Shown piece by piece: positions 62,995 through 64,000 of a DNA stretch of 64,000 bases (positions are counted from its first letter, which is position 1; each line of letters opens with the position of its first letter). Origin of the DNA: Macrostomum hystrix (taxonomy: Eukaryota > Animalia > Platyhelminthes). The notes beneath the pieces were generated by a model that ran no database searches, was not told the origin of the DNA, and saw only the letters and a list, made by a program, of their open reading frames with translations. The DNA is taken from positions 2,604,001-2,668,000 of the forward strand of contig CATNEN010000012.1 of NCBI GenBank assembly GCA_950097015.1. Reading direction: 5' to 3'. Position numbers and translations under genes: made by a program.

Positions 62995-63769
62995 ATGACG
63001 AGAGCCAATGCAAGGAGCTGGTCCAGCTTGCTGCTGCTGCTGCTGCTGCTGCTCTGCCTTTTCGATGTGAATGCTCAATGTAAGACAACTGTGAGAAACC
63101 TTGCGAACTATTTATAGTTACTAACTTCTTATCACCAACACATTGAGTTCTCATTGTTAATAATTTAAATTATTTTAAAACAAGTCTTCCCTTGTTTTCA
63201 AGCCTTACAAAATAACCACTTTAACCTGTCAAACAGCAGTTACTAAGCCTCACTAAATAACCACTTCAACCTGTCACACAGCAGTTACTAAGCCTCACTA
63301 GTTATTATCTGCAGTGTAGTGCTATAACCCATGAAACCACCGCCACTTCGACTGTCACAGTCATAGACGATGGTACGACCCAGCAATGCGGCATGGCATC
63401 GGTGCGGCTTGACTTCTACTGGTCCAGCACCGACTTCCAGCAGAGATTCAGCCGCCTGATGCAGCCGTTTATTGAAGCTCGGGCTGCGAATGCCCAGTGC
63501 CCCTACGGCATGGTGTGCGCTCAGAAGCTGGTGGTCTTCCAGGACATGGAGGGTCGTTACAGCGAGGAGTGCTGGCGGAAGGAGCAGATTATCGAGTACA
63601 CAGAGATCGCCTGCTACTGGGATCTGTGCAATGCCAATTTAACATTTGGCAGCTACCAGAATATGAGGCGCTCATTCTACCAGCAAGGCAACCCAATAAA
63701 ATGCTACAACCACGGCCAGCTGCAGAACATGAACACCTATCGCCGAATCATCATGTCCGCTGAATATGA
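62995..63769 (+). CDS. Partial secreted Ly6/uPAR (three-finger)-like protein; gene continues beyond the window
   Basis: A signal-peptide-like exon 62995-63079 encodes MTRANARSWSSLLLLLLLLCLFDVNAQ (donor GTAAGA). A Cys-containing exon at about 63315-63769 has (LQ)C...CG...CPYG..C...C...CYWDLCNA, the Ly6 CxxDLCN signature, followed by IKCYN starting a second domain (donor GTAAGA at 63770). The exon 1-2 phase join was not resolved. Confidence 0.55.
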
Positions 63770-64000
63770 GTAAGATTTTATTGCCGATACTTTGAGTTGG
63801 AGAGATTGTACGAGTAGAAGCTTCGAAAGACCTGGATAAACGCTGGACTGAGAAGGCTGGAACACTGGTACACCGTGGGATAGAAACAATGGTAAAACAC
63901 AGACAACAAGTTGACGAAAATATGCTTTCTCTATAGAAAGCGTTTAACCACCAAAATCCGTGATAAAAAATACGAAAAATATACCGTATTCTTGATGACA

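Overview
Eukaryotic (metazoan, invertebrate) genomic DNA with GC-rich exons, very short baseline introns (66-104 nt) and about 17 unrelated minisatellite arrays covering roughly 28 kb (about 44%) of the window. This organisation resembles a free-living flatworm such as Macrostomum, which is an inference and not determined from the sequence. Five spliced genes can be reconstructed by hand: a SINHCAF/FAM60A homolog (-), a small stathmin-like gene (-), a 7-exon SH2 + tyrosine-kinase-fold pseudokinase + coiled-coil gene (+), an 11-exon troponin T with a GC-AG intron (-), and a partial secreted Ly6/three-finger-like gene (+) running off the window end. Mobile elements are a complete-ended non-autonomous Helitron with a nested hAT MITE, a Charlie/Buster-type hAT MITE, a Merlin-like MITE, a decayed RTE-like LINE and two tRNA-derived SINE families. 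Most long ORFs in the ORF track are artefacts of tandem repeats. The most interesting items are the catalytically dead SH2-pseudokinase (HRD to HNE, DFG to GFE as in MLKL), intronic arrays whose units carry splice-site-like motifs, a recurring ~840-bp duplication step in two unrelated arrays, and a MITE carrying the same 16-bp satellite found in a troponin T intron.
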